A stretch of 64,000 bases of DNA from Trueperaceae bacterium (GCA_965213925.1 OZ243927.1:2496001-2560000); one strand, 5' to 3'; shown: positions 38,552 to 49,291, numbered from the stretch's first letter. Notes: a model not told the origin generated them from the sequence alone. A program made the numbers and translations.

Positions 38552-40117
38552 GTGACGCGCCTTTCGTTCTTTGCGGGACTCTTTGCCTCTATATTTTTAG
38601 CGCTTTTTCTGCTCTATCCGCTCGGCGTGATTTTGCTGCGGAGCGCCTCGAGCTTCGGTGTTGTCACCGATGTTTTGAGCAACCCTTACTACTTGGGGCG
38701 CTTAGCCTTCACCACTTATCAAGCCCTCCTCTCCACCCTCCTAACCGTCCTCCTCGCCCTGCCGAGCGCCCTGCTCTTCGCCCGCTTCGACTTTCGCGGC
38801 AAGCGTCTCCTCAGGAGCGCCTTCACGGTTCCTTTTGTCATGCCCACCGTTGTCGCAGCGATCGGCTTTTTAACGCTCTTAGGACCGCGCGGTCTGCTGA
38901 GCGTCGATTTGAGGGATACGCTCGCCATCGTTCTGCTCGCGCACGTGTTCTATAACTACGCGGTGGTGGTGCGTATCGTCGGGGCGTACTTGGAGGCGGT
39001 AGGACCGCGCCTGCGCCAAGCGTCTGCCATGCTCGGCGCGTCGCCTCTGCGCACGCTCACGCGCGTGACGCTGCCGCTCGCGTTGCCTGCGATTATCGCC
39101 GCTGCCACGCTCGTCTTCATCTTCTGCTTCACCTCATTTGGTGTCATCCTCATCCTCGCGCCGGAGCCGCAGTTTGGTACCTTAGAGGTCGAGGTTTACC
39201 GCCTCACGGCGCGGCTTTTGCAACTCGAGAGCGCCGCCGTTCTGGTTCTTACGCAACTCCTCGTCATCAGCGTGTTCACCTGGGTCTACACGCGGATGCA
39301 GGCGCGCTTGGCGGTGTCTTTAGGTGGGGGCTCTGTCCTCTCCAAACCCACCGGACCCTGGCGCTGGCTGCTCGCGCTGAACATGTTTATCGCCGCCGCG
39401 CTCATTCTTTCGCCCCTATTAGCGCTGACGTTCAGCGCGTTTTGGACAGAAGACGGGTTGAGTTTGCGGAACTTCGTCGCGCTCACGGAGGCGTCGCGCT
39501 CAGTGGGGTTTGCTGGGGCGGGACCGGCAATCTTCAACTCGCTTCGGTTCGCCTCCCTAAGCATGATCCTCTCCCTCCTCGTCGGCTTCGCGTTTGCCTA
39601 CGCCATCGTCAGAGGAGGCTGGCGCATCTTGGACGCGCTGAGCCTCTTGCCGCTTGCGACGAGCGCCGTGACGCTCGGCTTCGGCTACCTCTTGGCGTTT
39701 CCGGGGCTCAGCTCGAGCCTCTGGGGAATCATCTTAGCCCACACCCTCATCGCGTTTCCCTTCGTCGTTCGGAGCGTGTTGCCTGCGCTACGAGCCTTGC
39801 CGCCCAACCTCTTGCACGCGGCGCGGATGTTGGGCTCGAGCCCTCTAACTATCCTCCGCCGCGTCGAGTTGCCGCTGCTCGTCCCCTCGCTCATCGCCGC
39901 TGCCAGTTTCGCCTTCGCCGTTTCGATGGGCGAGTTCGGCGCGACGCTCGTGTTGCAGCGCCCCGAATTCGCGACGATTCCGGTGGCGATTTTTGACCGC
40001 TTGGGCAGACCCGGCGCGGCGAACTACGGGGCGGCGTTGGCGCTTTCGGTGTTGCTCATGCTGATTACTGGGGCGGTGATGGTGCTGTTGGAGCGGTTTG
40101 GGGAGGGGGAGTTATGA
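38552..40117 (+). CDS. thiP: Thiamine/iron(III)-type ABC permease
   Basis: Two BPD_transp_1 halves; PFVMPTVV, AHVFYN and SMGEFGAT motifs; near thiB. Confidence 0.8.
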   Translation: MTRLSFFAGLFASIFLALFLLYPLGVILLRSASSFGVVTDVLSNPYYLGRLAFTTYQALLSTLLTVLLALPSALLFARFDFRGKRLLRSAFTVPFVMPTVVAAIGFLTLLGPRGLLSVDLRDTLAIVLLAHVFYNYAVVVRIVGAYLEAVGPRLRQASAMLGASPLRTLTRVTLPLALPAIIAAATLVFIFCFTSFGVILILAPEPQFGTLEVEVYRLTARLLQLESAAVLVLTQLLVISVFTWVYTRMQARLAVSLGGGSVLSKPTGPWRWLLALNMFIAAALILSPLLALTFSAFWTEDGLSLRNFVALTEASRSVGFAGAGPAIFNSLRFASLSMILSLLVGFAFAYAIVRGGWRILDALSLLPLATSAVTLGFGYLLAFPGLSSSLWGIILAHTLIAFPFVVRSVLPALRALPPNLLHAARMLGSSPLTILRRVELPLLVPSLIAAASFAFAVSMGEFGATLVLQRPEFATIPVAIFDRLGRPGAANYGAALALSVLLMLITGAVMVLLERFGEGEL

Positions 40118-40159
40118 GCCATCCGCTAAATATCATGCTTATCGAGTTTCGGCGAGGCA

Positions 40160-41044
40160 TTAGAAATGTTCTACATGCTTCGGAAATTTACAACTGCTAC
40201 GTTTTATAAAACTCACCTCAATTCGGGAAAGGAAGAACCAAAGTCCGAGGACATCTAAATGGCTGAGCTGATAAGCGAGGATGGTGGTATAGATGTGTAC
40301 CATACATCCTTTAGTAGAGCGATAAGGTCTGTCGGAGAAGCCGAGCCTGTCGAGTGAAGAGAAAACGGATTCAACGATGCGGTGACCGCAGTAGAGGTTT
40401 TGTTCACGCCTGGGTGGAGGTAGTTGATTGCTGCGGCGCGGCGTAACAAGGTCCACCGCTTGAGGAGCGATGTCGGCTTTAAGGTCGTGACTGATATAAC
40501 CTTTATCTGCAGTTACGATGGTGTAGGTAAGCCCGCTCAGCAGACGAGGTGCGACTTTAACATCGTGCTCGTTCGCGCCTCTTAGGAGCAGTCTACTCAG
40601 GTCGCCAGCATCGTTTACGCGAGCATGTAAGCGAAAGCCATAAAACGTGGTGTTATGAATGTGGTCATGTCCATATGCTCCAGCTAACTTGCTGCGTCTA
40701 GCCCGCGCAAAGTCCACAACTTCCAGCTTTTTCGAGTCGAGGTGTTGCTTGGTCGCCTGCTGCGCCGCGCAAAGTTGTTTAACCGCGAGGATGATAGGTC
40801 CTAGCAGTAGTCCTTTGCGCTCGCAGAAGGTCGAAGGCGCAGGAACCTCGACACCAAAAGAGGCGGCAACCTCCAGCATTTTCTGAGCGTAGCGGAAGCT
40901 CGCCAATTTCTGATACACCGCTAGCGCAATGATGAAGTCATCCGAGAAAGTAGGCTTGCGTCCCTGAGGAGCTTTCCTTCGCTTTTTTAGACTTAGACCT
41001 TCAACCGCTTGTACAATCTCTTCGAGGGTTGGGATTTTGCTCAC
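40160..41044 (-). CDS. IS982-family DDE transposase (reads through the IR)
   Basis: LDS, YGFRLH, ANEHD, ADKGY and RIVESVFS.L motifs. Confidence 0.88.
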   Translation of the reverse strand: MSKIPTLEEIVQAVEGLSLKKRRKAPQGRKPTFSDDFIIALAVYQKLASFRYAQKMLEVAASFGVEVPAPSTFCERKGLLLGPIILAVKQLCAAQQATKQHLDSKKLEVVDFARARRSKLAGAYGHDHIHNTTFYGFRLHARVNDAGDLSRLLLRGANEHDVKVAPRLLSGLTYTIVTADKGYISHDLKADIAPQAVDLVTPRRSNQLPPPRREQNLYCGHRIVESVFSSLDRLGFSDRPYRSTKGCMVHIYTTILAYQLSHLDVLGLWFFLSRIEVSFIKRSSCKFPKHVEHF

Positions 41045-41097
41045 ATACTATTTCAGCCCTTACCCTCTATCTCGTCAAGTCTTTTCCGAATTGGCGT
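40215..41097 (-). mobile_element. IS982-family insertion sequence, 883 bp
   Basis: TIRs ACCTCAATTCGGGAAAG (40215) and reverse-complement ACGCCAATTCGGAAAAG (41097) match 14/17; 7-bp target duplication AAAACTC at 40208-14 and 41098-104. Confidence 0.85.
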
Positions 41098-41119
41098 AAA
41101 ACTCGATTAGACTTTATTG

Positions 41120-41773
41120 ATGACTGATGTTAATTCCGCTCTCAGATACTTTGAAGAAGTCAAGCAGAGAATTATTTTCTTACGCAACAACCGTCCTTTT
41201 CGTTTCCTTAATACGAGTAGGCGAAATGCTGCTCGTTGGCTCGATGAGATGACCTGGTTCGAGGGGTTTTCGGAGAATGAAGTGGCGCAGTTGGAGTCTA
41301 CGCTCAAGGTCAAATTTCCAATCTTCTTCAAGTTGTTTTTAGGTGAATTTGGAAAGTCGCTACATACTTTCATTCCTTTTCGGGGGCTCGACGTTGGTTC
41401 GGGCGACTATCTATCACGCTACCAAGAAGCCCAAGACCTCTTGGAAGAATGTGAGGTTGCCTCCTTCTTGACGCCGGACACTGTTGTTTTCTGGTTTCGT
41501 CAAGGCTATTCTTTCAACTACTTTATAGCGAAAGAAGTATTCGACGTACCTATTCTTCAATATGTAGAATGCGACGAAACGCCTCGAGAGGTGTTTGGCA
41601 GTTTTGCGGAATTTCTAGAGGCTCACTTACGATACGCGGAAGAGGGATACCAGCAGTCTATAGAAGGAGGTGGACACTTTTTAACTGTGAGTGACGTGGG
41701 TTATTCGATTAGCCGTCCCGCTAAGAATAGAAATCAGCGCCCTTTAGACTTTGAAGACCGATTCATTGATTAG
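41120..41773 (+). CDS. SMI1/KNR4 (SUKH) family protein
   Basis: GFSENEVAQLESTLKVKFP.FFKLFL..FG, QGY.F.YF and SFAEFL motifs; lower GC. Confidence 0.75.
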   Translation: MTDVNSALRYFEEVKQRIIFLRNNRPFRFLNTSRRNAARWLDEMTWFEGFSENEVAQLESTLKVKFPIFFKLFLGEFGKSLHTFIPFRGLDVGSGDYLSRYQEAQDLLEECEVASFLTPDTVVFWFRQGYSFNYFIAKEVFDVPILQYVECDETPREVFGSFAEFLEAHLRYAEEGYQQSIEGGGHFLTVSDVGYSISRPAKNRNQRPLDFEDRFID

Positions 41774-41821
41774 TTTGGATGTAGCACTTTCCCATTGTTC
41801 CGTACAGTTTACAATCTTGCC

Positions 41822-42511
41822 TCATCTATCCACCAAAAACGGATACGGATTCACCGCGTCCCAGTCGCACGACTCGTACGAGCCACCGTACATCCCTAGA
41901 TGCAGATGGGGCGGCGTCGTGACAGCGTTACCTGTATTGCCGACATAGCCCAAAAGCGTCTCCGCCGTCACATACTGACCTTCTTGCAAATCTGGCGCGA
42001 AGCTGTCCAAGTGCGCGTAGTAGTAACGAATCCCGCCCCCGCCGATGACGACGACGACGTTGCCCCCGAGCGGGTTCTCCCCAATGCGGTAGATGTAGCC
42101 CTGCGTCGCTGAGTAAATCGGCGTGCCGCGCGGCGCGAAGATGTCTTGCCCTTCGTGGGTGCGCCCTTCGCTGCGGGCTGCGCCCCAGGTATCCGTGACT
42201 TGACCTACGGTGACGCCTTCGACGGGCATCAGGAGGGCGTCGGCGGGTTGTAAGGGGACGCTCGAGAAGTAGAGCGGCAGCAATTCCTGGTAGCGCCGCC
42301 GCGTCTCCAACTCCTGCTCCCAGTCGCCGCCCCGTTCGCGTATCCGCGCCTCGCGCTCCTCGTCCACCGGACAGGTGATGGCGGCGATCTCTTCAGCCCT
42401 CGGGTTGTCGAAGCCGTTCTCCACCTCTTCGGGCGCAGCTTGAGAAAAGGTGAAAGAGGAGAGGAGGAGTAGAAGGGATAAGTAGGTGAGGCGCAGCGTT
42501 TTGTGGCACAT
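41822..42511 (-). CDS. Secreted M23 family metallopeptidase
   Basis: Signal peptide; HEGQD (HxxxD), YYAHL and PHLH motifs. Confidence 0.92.
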   Translation of the reverse strand: MCHKTLRLTYLSLLLLLSSFTFSQAAPEEVENGFDNPRAEEIAAITCPVDEEREARIRERGGDWEQELETRRRYQELLPLYFSSVPLQPADALLMPVEGVTVGQVTDTWGAARSEGRTHEGQDIFAPRGTPIYSATQGYIYRIGENPLGGNVVVVIGGGGIRYYYAHLDSFAPDLQEGQYVTAETLLGYVGNTGNAVTTPPHLHLGMYGGSYESCDWDAVNPYPFLVDR

Positions 42512-42599
42512 GACCGATTTTACGGTAGAGCTGTCGGAGGTGTGGAGGCTCCGGGCTACTTCATGAAGGTCGCCCAGCGCCTAGAGCCGTTCGGACGCC

Positions 42600-42638
42600 A
42601 AGCGAAAACCCGCTCCGAGGTGGAGCGGGTTTTCGCTT
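42600..42638 (-). terminator. Strong stem-loop terminator
   Basis: AAGCGAAAACCCGCTCC-gaggt-GGAGCGGGTTTTCGCTT. Confidence 0.75.
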
Positions 42639-42668
42639 ATAGAAAAACTGTGATCAGGGGTGCTGCGC

Positions 42669-43457
42669 TTAACCGAAGAGTTTCCACCAAGGCTTCTTCT
42701 GGGTCGCCTCTTCAAGTTCCGCTTTGAGCCCGTCGATCTGCGCTTTTGCCTTCTCCAAAAGACCACGCTGGCGGGTGATTTCGGCTTTGGCTTTCTCCAA
42801 CTTCGCCTTGACCTTGTCGTTCTCGTCCTTGAGCGCACCCTGGTTTGAGGCGGCGGACTTAGCCTGCTCGAGGTCGCTCTTGAGTTGGCTCTGCTCACCC
42901 TGGAGCTTGCTGACTTGGCTCTCTAGCTGCGACTTTTCGCTCTGGAGGCTCGAGACCTGCCCGGCAACCTGGCTCTGCTGCGCTTGAGCGTTCTTAAGGC
43001 TCTGCACCTCTCCTTTGAGGCGCTCGATTTCGTTGAGGGCCGCTTGATACTCGGCGCTACTGATGCCGCTGCTAGGCGCACTGGCGGGTGCGCTAGAAAT
43101 AGGCGCGGGCGCAGGCGTCGGCTCGTCCAACGTGACAGCGTCGAGCAGTGCGTCGCTCGGCGCATCGGGCGCGTCGCCCCAGGAGATTTCCTCGTCGGCT
43201 CCGGAGGGGGCTCCGCTGCTGGCTCTTTCCGCTTCGAACGCCTTGATGTCCTCTTCGGGCCAGGCTTCCATGCCTTCGGGGGTAGGTTCGGCGGTGGGGT
43301 TGACGGACTCTTCGCCGGCCATCACTTTAGCGAGATAGGTCAAAACGTCTTTCTCGACGACGCTGCCTTCGGGTCCGGTGCCTTGCAGAACACGCCAGTC
43401 GACGTTGTTCTCCTCGGCAAGCTGTTTGGCTAGGGGGGCAATTGTAGGTTCGCTCAT
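42669..43457 (-). CDS. E3-binding (peripheral subunit-binding) domain / coiled-coil protein
   Basis: IAPLAKQLAEENNVD....GTGPEG.V.EKDV, then an acidic/Pro linker, a heptad coiled coil and C-terminal KKPWWKLFG. Confidence 0.8.
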   Translation of the reverse strand: MSEPTIAPLAKQLAEENNVDWRVLQGTGPEGSVVEKDVLTYLAKVMAGEESVNPTAEPTPEGMEAWPEEDIKAFEAERASSGAPSGADEEISWGDAPDAPSDALLDAVTLDEPTPAPAPISSAPASAPSSGISSAEYQAALNEIERLKGEVQSLKNAQAQQSQVAGQVSSLQSEKSQLESQVSKLQGEQSQLKSDLEQAKSAASNQGALKDENDKVKAKLEKAKAEITRQRGLLEKAKAQIDGLKAELEEATQKKPWWKLFG

Positions 43458-43774
43458 CACGCTTTACTATTCTCTGTAGAAGGTGCGGGGTGCTATCTAA
43501 TTTTTTACATCTGCGTCGTTGACGCCTTGAAGGGTGATTCGAGTTATGAGTCACCCTGATACGTGCAGAGCGTGGGTTCATAACCTGTAACAGACCTCAT
43601 TCTAGCCTCCGTCATTACGCTACCCGCTGTCGAAATCTCTCGTATTTTTAAGGTCACGTCAGTTCATACACAAAACAAAATTGCGTTGTTGTAAAACGCA
43701 CTGGGCGTCACAAACCTTTCCCTCCCAGTGCAGTACCTTTGAACGAAGTTTGCAGGGAAAGAGGAGGGATAGGT

Positions 43775-45124
43775 ATGGGTACTGTTGCACTTATCGCGGT
43801 TGCCGTATCGGGAATTGCCATCTTGCTGGTGCTGGTTGCGGTGGTGAAGCTCGAGGCGTTCGTCAGCCTGATTCTCACGAGCATGATCGTCGCTCTGCTA
43901 GCGGGTATTCCGCTGACTGAAATCATCGGTGCGATTGAAGACGGGATGGGCGGCACGCTCGGCGCGATCGCCATCATCATAGGTTTCGGCGCGATGTTCG
44001 GCGAGATGCTGCGCGTGTCAGGGGGGACGCGGCAGCTCGCTACCACGCTGGTGGACAGTTTTGGCGAGCAGTGGGCTCCTTGGGCGATGGGGCTCACGGG
44101 CTTCTTGGTTTCCATCTCGGTCTTCTTCGACGTCGGACTTATCGTGCTCTTACCTCTCGCTTACAGCCTGACACAGCGTTCAGGTCGCTCGCTCCTCTAC
44201 TACGCGCTGCCCCTCGCCGCCGGGCTCGCTGCCACGCACGGCTACATCCCGCCGACGCCCGGTCCGACGGCGATTGCCGCTGAGCTGAACGTGGACCTGG
44301 GCTGGGTCATCCTCTTCGGCGTTATCGCAGGCGTGCCTGCGCTCGGGTTAGGCGGCATCGTCTTTAGCCGCTTTATCGCGGAGCGTATCCACGTGCCCGT
44401 ACCAGAAAATGTGCGTGAAGACGAAGAGGAGTCGGCGGAGAACCCCGACCCGCCGAGTTTTGGGCTCATCATCTCGCTGATTCTCTTTCCGCTCGTGCTC
44501 ATTTTGATCGGAACGCTGACGGGTGTGGCGCTGCCGGAAGGGTCGGCGGTGCGCAACTTTTTCGCCTTTGCAGGGCATCCCTTCACGGCGCTGCTCCTCG
44601 CGTCTATCCTCGTCTTCTACGTCCTCGGCGTGCGGCGTGGTCGCTCGATGGAAGAGGTTCAGAAGATTGCGACCAAGTCTCTGGAGCCCGTCGCTTTGGT
44701 TCTCCTCGTTACAGGTGCAGGCGGCGTCTTCGGCAGCGTGCTGCAAGAGAGCGGCGTCGGCGAAGCCATCGCCAACCTCATGTCCGGCTCGGGCTTGCCG
44801 CCTATTCTGCTCGCCTTTTTGATCGCCACGATGGTGCGCGTGGCGCAGGGCTCTGCGACCGTTTCGATGGTCACGGCGGCGGGGCTGGTCGCGCCCGCCA
44901 TTCAGCAGCAGGGGTTGTCCGCGCCTGCCGTGGGGCTCATCGCCATCGCCATTGCGTCCGGCGCAACCGTGCTCAGTCACGTGAACGACTCCGGCTTCTG
45001 GCTCGTCAACCGCTTTTTGGATATGTCGGTGGCAGACACGCTCAAGTCGTGGACGGTGTCGGTGACGATCGTCGGCGTCACAGGTTTCTTAGTGGTATTC
45101 GTGCTGAGCTTTTTCATTCAGTAG
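43775..45124 (+). CDS. gntP: GntP family gluconate:H+ symporter
   Basis: VFFDVG, PPTPGP, AQGSATV and SHVNDSGFW motifs; GAGGAGG RBS. Confidence 0.88.
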   Translation: MGTVALIAVAVSGIAILLVLVAVVKLEAFVSLILTSMIVALLAGIPLTEIIGAIEDGMGGTLGAIAIIIGFGAMFGEMLRVSGGTRQLATTLVDSFGEQWAPWAMGLTGFLVSISVFFDVGLIVLLPLAYSLTQRSGRSLLYYALPLAAGLAATHGYIPPTPGPTAIAAELNVDLGWVILFGVIAGVPALGLGGIVFSRFIAERIHVPVPENVREDEEESAENPDPPSFGLIISLILFPLVLILIGTLTGVALPEGSAVRNFFAFAGHPFTALLLASILVFYVLGVRRGRSMEEVQKIATKSLEPVALVLLVTGAGGVFGSVLQESGVGEAIANLMSGSGLPPILLAFLIATMVRVAQGSATVSMVTAAGLVAPAIQQQGLSAPAVGLIAIAIASGATVLSHVNDSGFWLVNRFLDMSVADTLKSWTVSVTIVGVTGFLVVFVLSFFIQ

Positions 45125-45135
45125 AGATGGAATAG

Positions 45136-45160
45136 AGAGGTCTTATTGACCTCTTCTTTT
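45136..45160 (+). terminator. Terminator after gntP
   Basis: AGAGGTC-ttatt-GACCTCT-TCTTTT. Confidence 0.65.
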
Positions 45161-45366
45161 CCTTCGGTAGTGGCTCTATTCGGAACGGTGCCGAGGTTAA
45201 ACGAGAGGTTGCAATCCCTCGTTCATTACATATAAAGGGCGGAAGAAGCGCACATCAGCATTCGACTTGAAACCGCGACCCTTTGTTCAGATAAAGGTTA
45301 GGCAAACTTATGCAGGTTTTCCCCTGCGGGGTAAGGAGCTTACAATGAGGTGTTAAAGGAGACACC

Positions 45367-46026
45367 TTGCACCTCTACCTCATTCGTCACGCTCAAAGCT
45401 ACGTCAACTTGCCCGACTGGGCGGAAGGCAACAAGGACGCCGCCCTCACCGACTTGGGGCGCGAACAAGCTGAAGCTTTAGCCCGCAGGTTCTTACAAGA
45501 GGTCACACTTGTGGACGCCCTCTACGCGAGCGACATGGCGCGGGCTAAAGAAACCGCCGAAATGCTAGCCGCGCCCTACAGACTTTCGCCCATCTTCGAT
45601 AGCCATCTGCGCGAAGTCGGTAACAACCGCCGCGACCACACGCCCTATCCTGTGGACGACTTACCGGAGCGTTACGCCGAGTTTTGGGGCAGCTCGAGAC
45701 CCTTCAGTGCCCTTATGCCGGGCGCGGAGGCGGGCGAGTCGTGGATGCACGCGCGGATGCGGGTCGGGCAGTTTTTAGAAACGCTCGTCGAGCGGCATTA
45801 CAGACCCATGGGCGCAAAGCCAGAGGGCGACACGGTCATCGCGGTCTGTCACGGCGGCGTCATCGAGGCGGCGGTCAGCCACGTCTTCAATATCGGACAC
45901 CGCCAACACTGCGAGGTGTGGTCGCATAACACCGGGGTGACGCGGCTCGAGTACGTCAACCATCCGGACCGCGAACGGTGGCGGCTGCGTTACCTGAACC
46001 GCATTGATCATCTTGCAGCAATTTAG
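45367..46026 (+). CDS. Histidine phosphatase (phosphoglycerate mutase-like) family
   Basis: LIRHAQS, LTDLGREQA, SDMARAKETA and VCHGGVI motifs; AAAGGAG RBS with TTG start. Confidence 0.9.
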   Translation: MHLYLIRHAQSYVNLPDWAEGNKDAALTDLGREQAEALARRFLQEVTLVDALYASDMARAKETAEMLAAPYRLSPIFDSHLREVGNNRRDHTPYPVDDLPERYAEFWGSSRPFSALMPGAEAGESWMHARMRVGQFLETLVERHYRPMGAKPEGDTVIAVCHGGVIEAAVSHVFNIGHRQHCEVWSHNTGVTRLEYVNHPDRERWRLRYLNRIDHLAAI

Positions 46027-46102
46027 TCTGATGTTCAGATTAGAAATTGGCTCTTGAACAGCGTTTCGTATCGGTTGGCCCGAGCATATTAGAAGACAAA
46101 GA

Positions 46103-46132
46103 CAACCCCCCCCTCGAGGCTGAGGGGGGTTG
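46103..46132. terminator. Hairpin between convergent genes
   Basis: CAACCCCCC..CTC-gaggct-GAGGGGGGTTG. Confidence 0.6.
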
Positions 46133-46179
46133 CAAAACTTAGCGAGTTGAGTGAGGCTCGAGCCTAGCCTTTCAACGAC

Positions 46180-47469
46180 TCAGTGAAACTGCTCCGCTTC
46201 CGTCGAACCGACCAGTGCCGCTGTGGACGCCTTACCGCCCGTCGCAACATTCAAGACCTTGTCGAAGTACCCCGTCCCCGACTCGCGCTGGTGCTTCGTC
46301 GCGGTGTACCCGTCGGCTTCGCGAGCGAACTCCTCCTCTTGCAAAGCGACGTAGGCGCTCATGCCTTCTTGCGCGTAGCCTTTGGCAAGCTCAAAGGTGC
46401 GCAGGTTGATGGTGTGCCAGCCCGCCAAGGTGATGAACTGGAACTTGTAGCCCATCTCCCCGAGTTCACGTTGGAACTTAGCGATCGTCTCGTCGTCCAG
46501 GTGCTTTTTCCAATTAAAGGACGGCGAGCAGTTGTAGGCGAGCATCTGGTCGGGGTACTCGGCGTGAATGGCATGAGCGAATTCCCTCGCCTCGTCCAAG
46601 TTTGGCGTCGAGGTCTCCATCCATAAGAGGTCTACGTAAGGCGCGTACTCCAGCGAGCGCTTGATACACGCCTCGATGCCCGGTTTGACGTAGAAGTAAC
46701 CCTCAGGCGTGCGCTCGCCGGTTAGGAACTCGTGGTCGCGCTCGTCCACGTCACTGGTCATGAGCGTGGCGGCGTGCGCGTCGGTGCGGGCGACGAGCAT
46801 GGTCGGCACGTCGCACACGTCGGCGGCTAAACGTGCGGCGGCGAGGGTGCGCAAAAAGGTCGAAGTCGGTACTAAGACCTTACCGCCCAAATGTCCGCAC
46901 TTCTTCTCAGACGCAAGTTGGTCTTCAAAGTGAACGCCCGCCGCGCCCGCCTCGATCATGCCCTTCATCAGTTCAAAGGCGTTGAGCGGTCCACCGAAGC
47001 CCGCTTCGGCGTCCGCCACGATGGGTGCGTACCAGTGGAGGTCGTCGTTGACACCGTCCAGTTTGCTGATTTGATCGGCGCGGGTCAGCGCGTTGTTGAT
47101 GCGCTTCACCACAGCGGGCACGCTGTTCGCCGGGTAGAGGCTCTGGTCGGGATAAGTCTGCCCGGCTAAGTTCATGTCGCCCGCAACCTGCCAGCCCGAG
47201 AGGTAAATCGCTTGGAGCCCGGCGCGGACCATCTGCACGGCTTGCGTGCCGGTGAGTGCGCCGAAGGTGTTCACGTAATCTTCGCTGTGCAAGAGGTCCC
47301 AGAGCCGCTCTGCGCCGTGGCGGGCGAGCGAGTGCTCAATGTGAACGGACGGGCGGAGTTGCATGACCTCTTCGGCGCTGTAGTCGCGCTTGACGCCTTT
47401 CCAGCGGGGGTCGGTGTCCCAGAGGTTCTTGAGGTCTTGCGCGTTTTGCGTTGCGTTGCTCATGCTCAT
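46180..47469 (-). CDS. aceA: Isocitrate lyase
   Basis: [17 protein letters not shown] and [10 protein letters not shown] motifs; AGGAG RBS. Confidence 0.98.
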   Translation of the reverse strand: MSMSNATQNAQDLKNLWDTDPRWKGVKRDYSAEEVMQLRPSVHIEHSLARHGAERLWDLLHSEDYVNTFGALTGTQAVQMVRAGLQAIYLSGWQVAGDMNLAGQTYPDQSLYPANSVPAVVKRINNALTRADQISKLDGVNDDLHWYAPIVADAEAGFGGPLNAFELMKGMIEAGAAGVHFEDQLASEKKCGHLGGKVLVPTSTFLRTLAAARLAADVCDVPTMLVARTDAHAATLMTSDVDERDHEFLTGERTPEGYFYVKPGIEACIKRSLEYAPYVDLLWMETSTPNLDEAREFAHAIHAEYPDQMLAYNCSPSFNWKKHLDDETIAKFQRELGEMGYKFQFITLAGWHTINLRTFELAKGYAQEGMSAYVALQEEEFAREADGYTATKHQRESGTGYFDKVLNVATGGKASTAALVGSTEAEQFH

Positions 47470-47661
47470 TTTGTTCTCCTTTGAGGCGAGTTTACTTTGA
47501 AAGTACACAAGTGTTCAGTACGTTTGTCACGCAGATGAATGCGAGTCGTTCATTAAGTTGAAGGCGTCAAACACCTACCTTTTAGGATTTTTGAGACATA
47601 AAGCCCCCAGTATCTCAAAGTGAGACGAAAAAAGCGTCGGAAGTTTTAGGGATTTAGGAAA

Positions 47662-47702
47662 AGCCTGACCTCTTAGTAGAGGCGGAGTTGAGAGGTCAGG
47701 CT
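47662..47702 (-). terminator. Stem-loop downstream of aceB
   Basis: AGCCTGACCTCTTA ... TGAGAGGTCAGGCT with T-run on the minus strand. Confidence 0.65.
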
Positions 47703-47722
47703 CGAGCGGTCAGTTTAGGTTA

Positions 47723-49291
47723 TCAGTCCAAATAGTCATACGCCTTGAGCGTAAGGAAGGTGCGGAAGTAATCGCTCTTGACAAGGTCGTCGAGAATTTC
47801 AGCGGCGCTTTGGAGATGATCGCCCTCCAACTTCTCCAGCTCCTCTTTCTTCACGCGCTCGTAGAGGTCTTCACTCATCGTTTCGCCGCTTTCCAAGGTC
47901 GCCCCGTGATGGAGCCACTGCCAGAGCTGCGCCCGGCTGATCTCGGCGGTCGCTGCGTCCTCCATGAGGTTAAAAATCGCCGCCGCGCCCGTCCCTGAGA
48001 GCCACGCATTGATGTACTGGAGCGCTACGCTCACGTTCTGCCGAACGCCCGCCTCACTGATGGACGCGCCTTCGATGTTCGTGTTGATGAGGTCTTGGGC
48101 GCTCACCGATACCTCGTCACGCTGCCGCTCGACTTGGTTGGGCTCATCCCCTAAGACCGCGTCGAACTGCTCTTTAGCGGTAGGAATCAAGCCGGGGTGC
48201 GCGACCCACGTGCCGTCGCAGCCTGCCTCGGCTTCGCGCTTTTTGTCCTCGGCGACTTTCGAAAGTGCGTTTTCCGTCACTTCGGGGTCATCGCGGCTCG
48301 GGATGAACGCCGCCATGCCGCCAATGGCGTGAGCGCCGCGCTTGTGGCAGGTCTTGATCAGCAGCTCGGTGTAGGCGTGCATGAAGGGCACCGTCATCGT
48401 GACTTGACCTCTATCGGGCAAGATCATATCTTCGCGCTGGTGAAACGTCTTGATGAACGAGAAGATGTAGTCCCAACGCCCTGCGTTGAAGCCGGAGATG
48501 TGCTCGCGCAGTTCGTACAAAATCTCTTCCATCTGATACGAGGCGTGGATGGTTTCGATGAGGACTGTTGCGCGGACGCTGCCTCTCGGGATGCCGATGT
48601 CGTCTTGGGTGAAGTTGATGACGTCGTTCCAGAGGCGGGCTTCTTTGTAGTGCTCCAACTTAGGCAGATAAAAGTACGGTCCCGTGCCTCTATCCAACCG
48701 CTCCTGCGCGTTATGAAACATGTAGAGCCCGAAGTCGAACAAGCTCGCGGAGATGGGCTCGCCGTCCACTTCGTGATGTTTTTCAACTAAGTGCCACCCT
48801 CTCGGGCGCACTAAGAGCGTGGCGATGTCGTCTTCTAACTCGTAGGTTTTACCGCGCTCCTCGTCCTCGAGGCGTAACGTCTTACGCACCGCTTCCTTGA
48901 GGTTTTGCTGACCCACGACAACGTTCTCCCAGGTAGGGGAGAGGGCGTCCTCCAAATCCGCCATGAAGACTTGCGCCTTTGAGTTGAGCGCGTTGATGGT
49001 CATTTTGCGCTCGGCGGGTCCGGTGATCTCGACGCGGCGGTCTTTTAAGTCGTCCGGGCAAGGGGCGACCTGCCAATCGCCTTCGCGGACCTCTTTCGTT
49101 TCGTCTAAAAAGTCGGGCGTTTCACCGTTGTTAAAGGCTTCCTGCCGCTTCCCGCGCTCCTCTAAGAGTTCTTTGCGGCGTCCGTCAAATTCGCGGTGGA
49201 GCTTCTCTAAAAACGCTACCGCGTCGTCGGTCAGAATCTGACTCTTGATCTCGTTAAATTGGCTGTCGGTTTCGGCTGTAGCTTGCGCCAT
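47723..49291 (-). CDS. aceB: Malate synthase A
   Basis: [25 protein letters not shown] and [12 protein letters not shown] motifs. Confidence 0.97.
   Translation of the reverse strand: MAQATAETDSQFNEIKSQILTDDAVAFLEKLHREFDGRRKELLEERGKRQEAFNNGETPDFLDETKEVREGDWQVAPCPDDLKDRRVEITGPAERKMTINALNSKAQVFMADLEDALSPTWENVVVGQQNLKEAVRKTLRLEDEERGKTYELEDDIATLLVRPRGWHLVEKHHEVDGEPISASLFDFGLYMFHNAQERLDRGTGPYFYLPKLEHYKEARLWNDVINFTQDDIGIPRGSVRATVLIETIHASYQMEEILYELREHISGFNAGRWDYIFSFIKTFHQREDMILPDRGQVTMTVPFMHAYTELLIKTCHKRGAHAIGGMAAFIPSRDDPEVTENALSKVAEDKKREAEAGCDGTWVAHPGLIPTAKEQFDAVLGDEPNQVERQRDEVSVSAQDLINTNIEGASISEAGVRQNVSVALQYINAWLSGTGAAAIFNLMEDAATAEISRAQLWQWLHHGATLESGETMSEDLYERVKKEELEKLEGDHLQSAAEILDDLVKSDYFRTFLTLKAYDYLD

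Noticed and set aside
40114..40209. Short ORF after thiP as the gene interrupted by IS982
   Set aside because: It stops (TAA) at the target site and does not join the downstream SUKH gene; no motif.
43682..43700. Dyad TGCGTT-N7-AACGCA upstream of gntP
   Set aside because: The 6-bp arms are too weak to call without comparative data.
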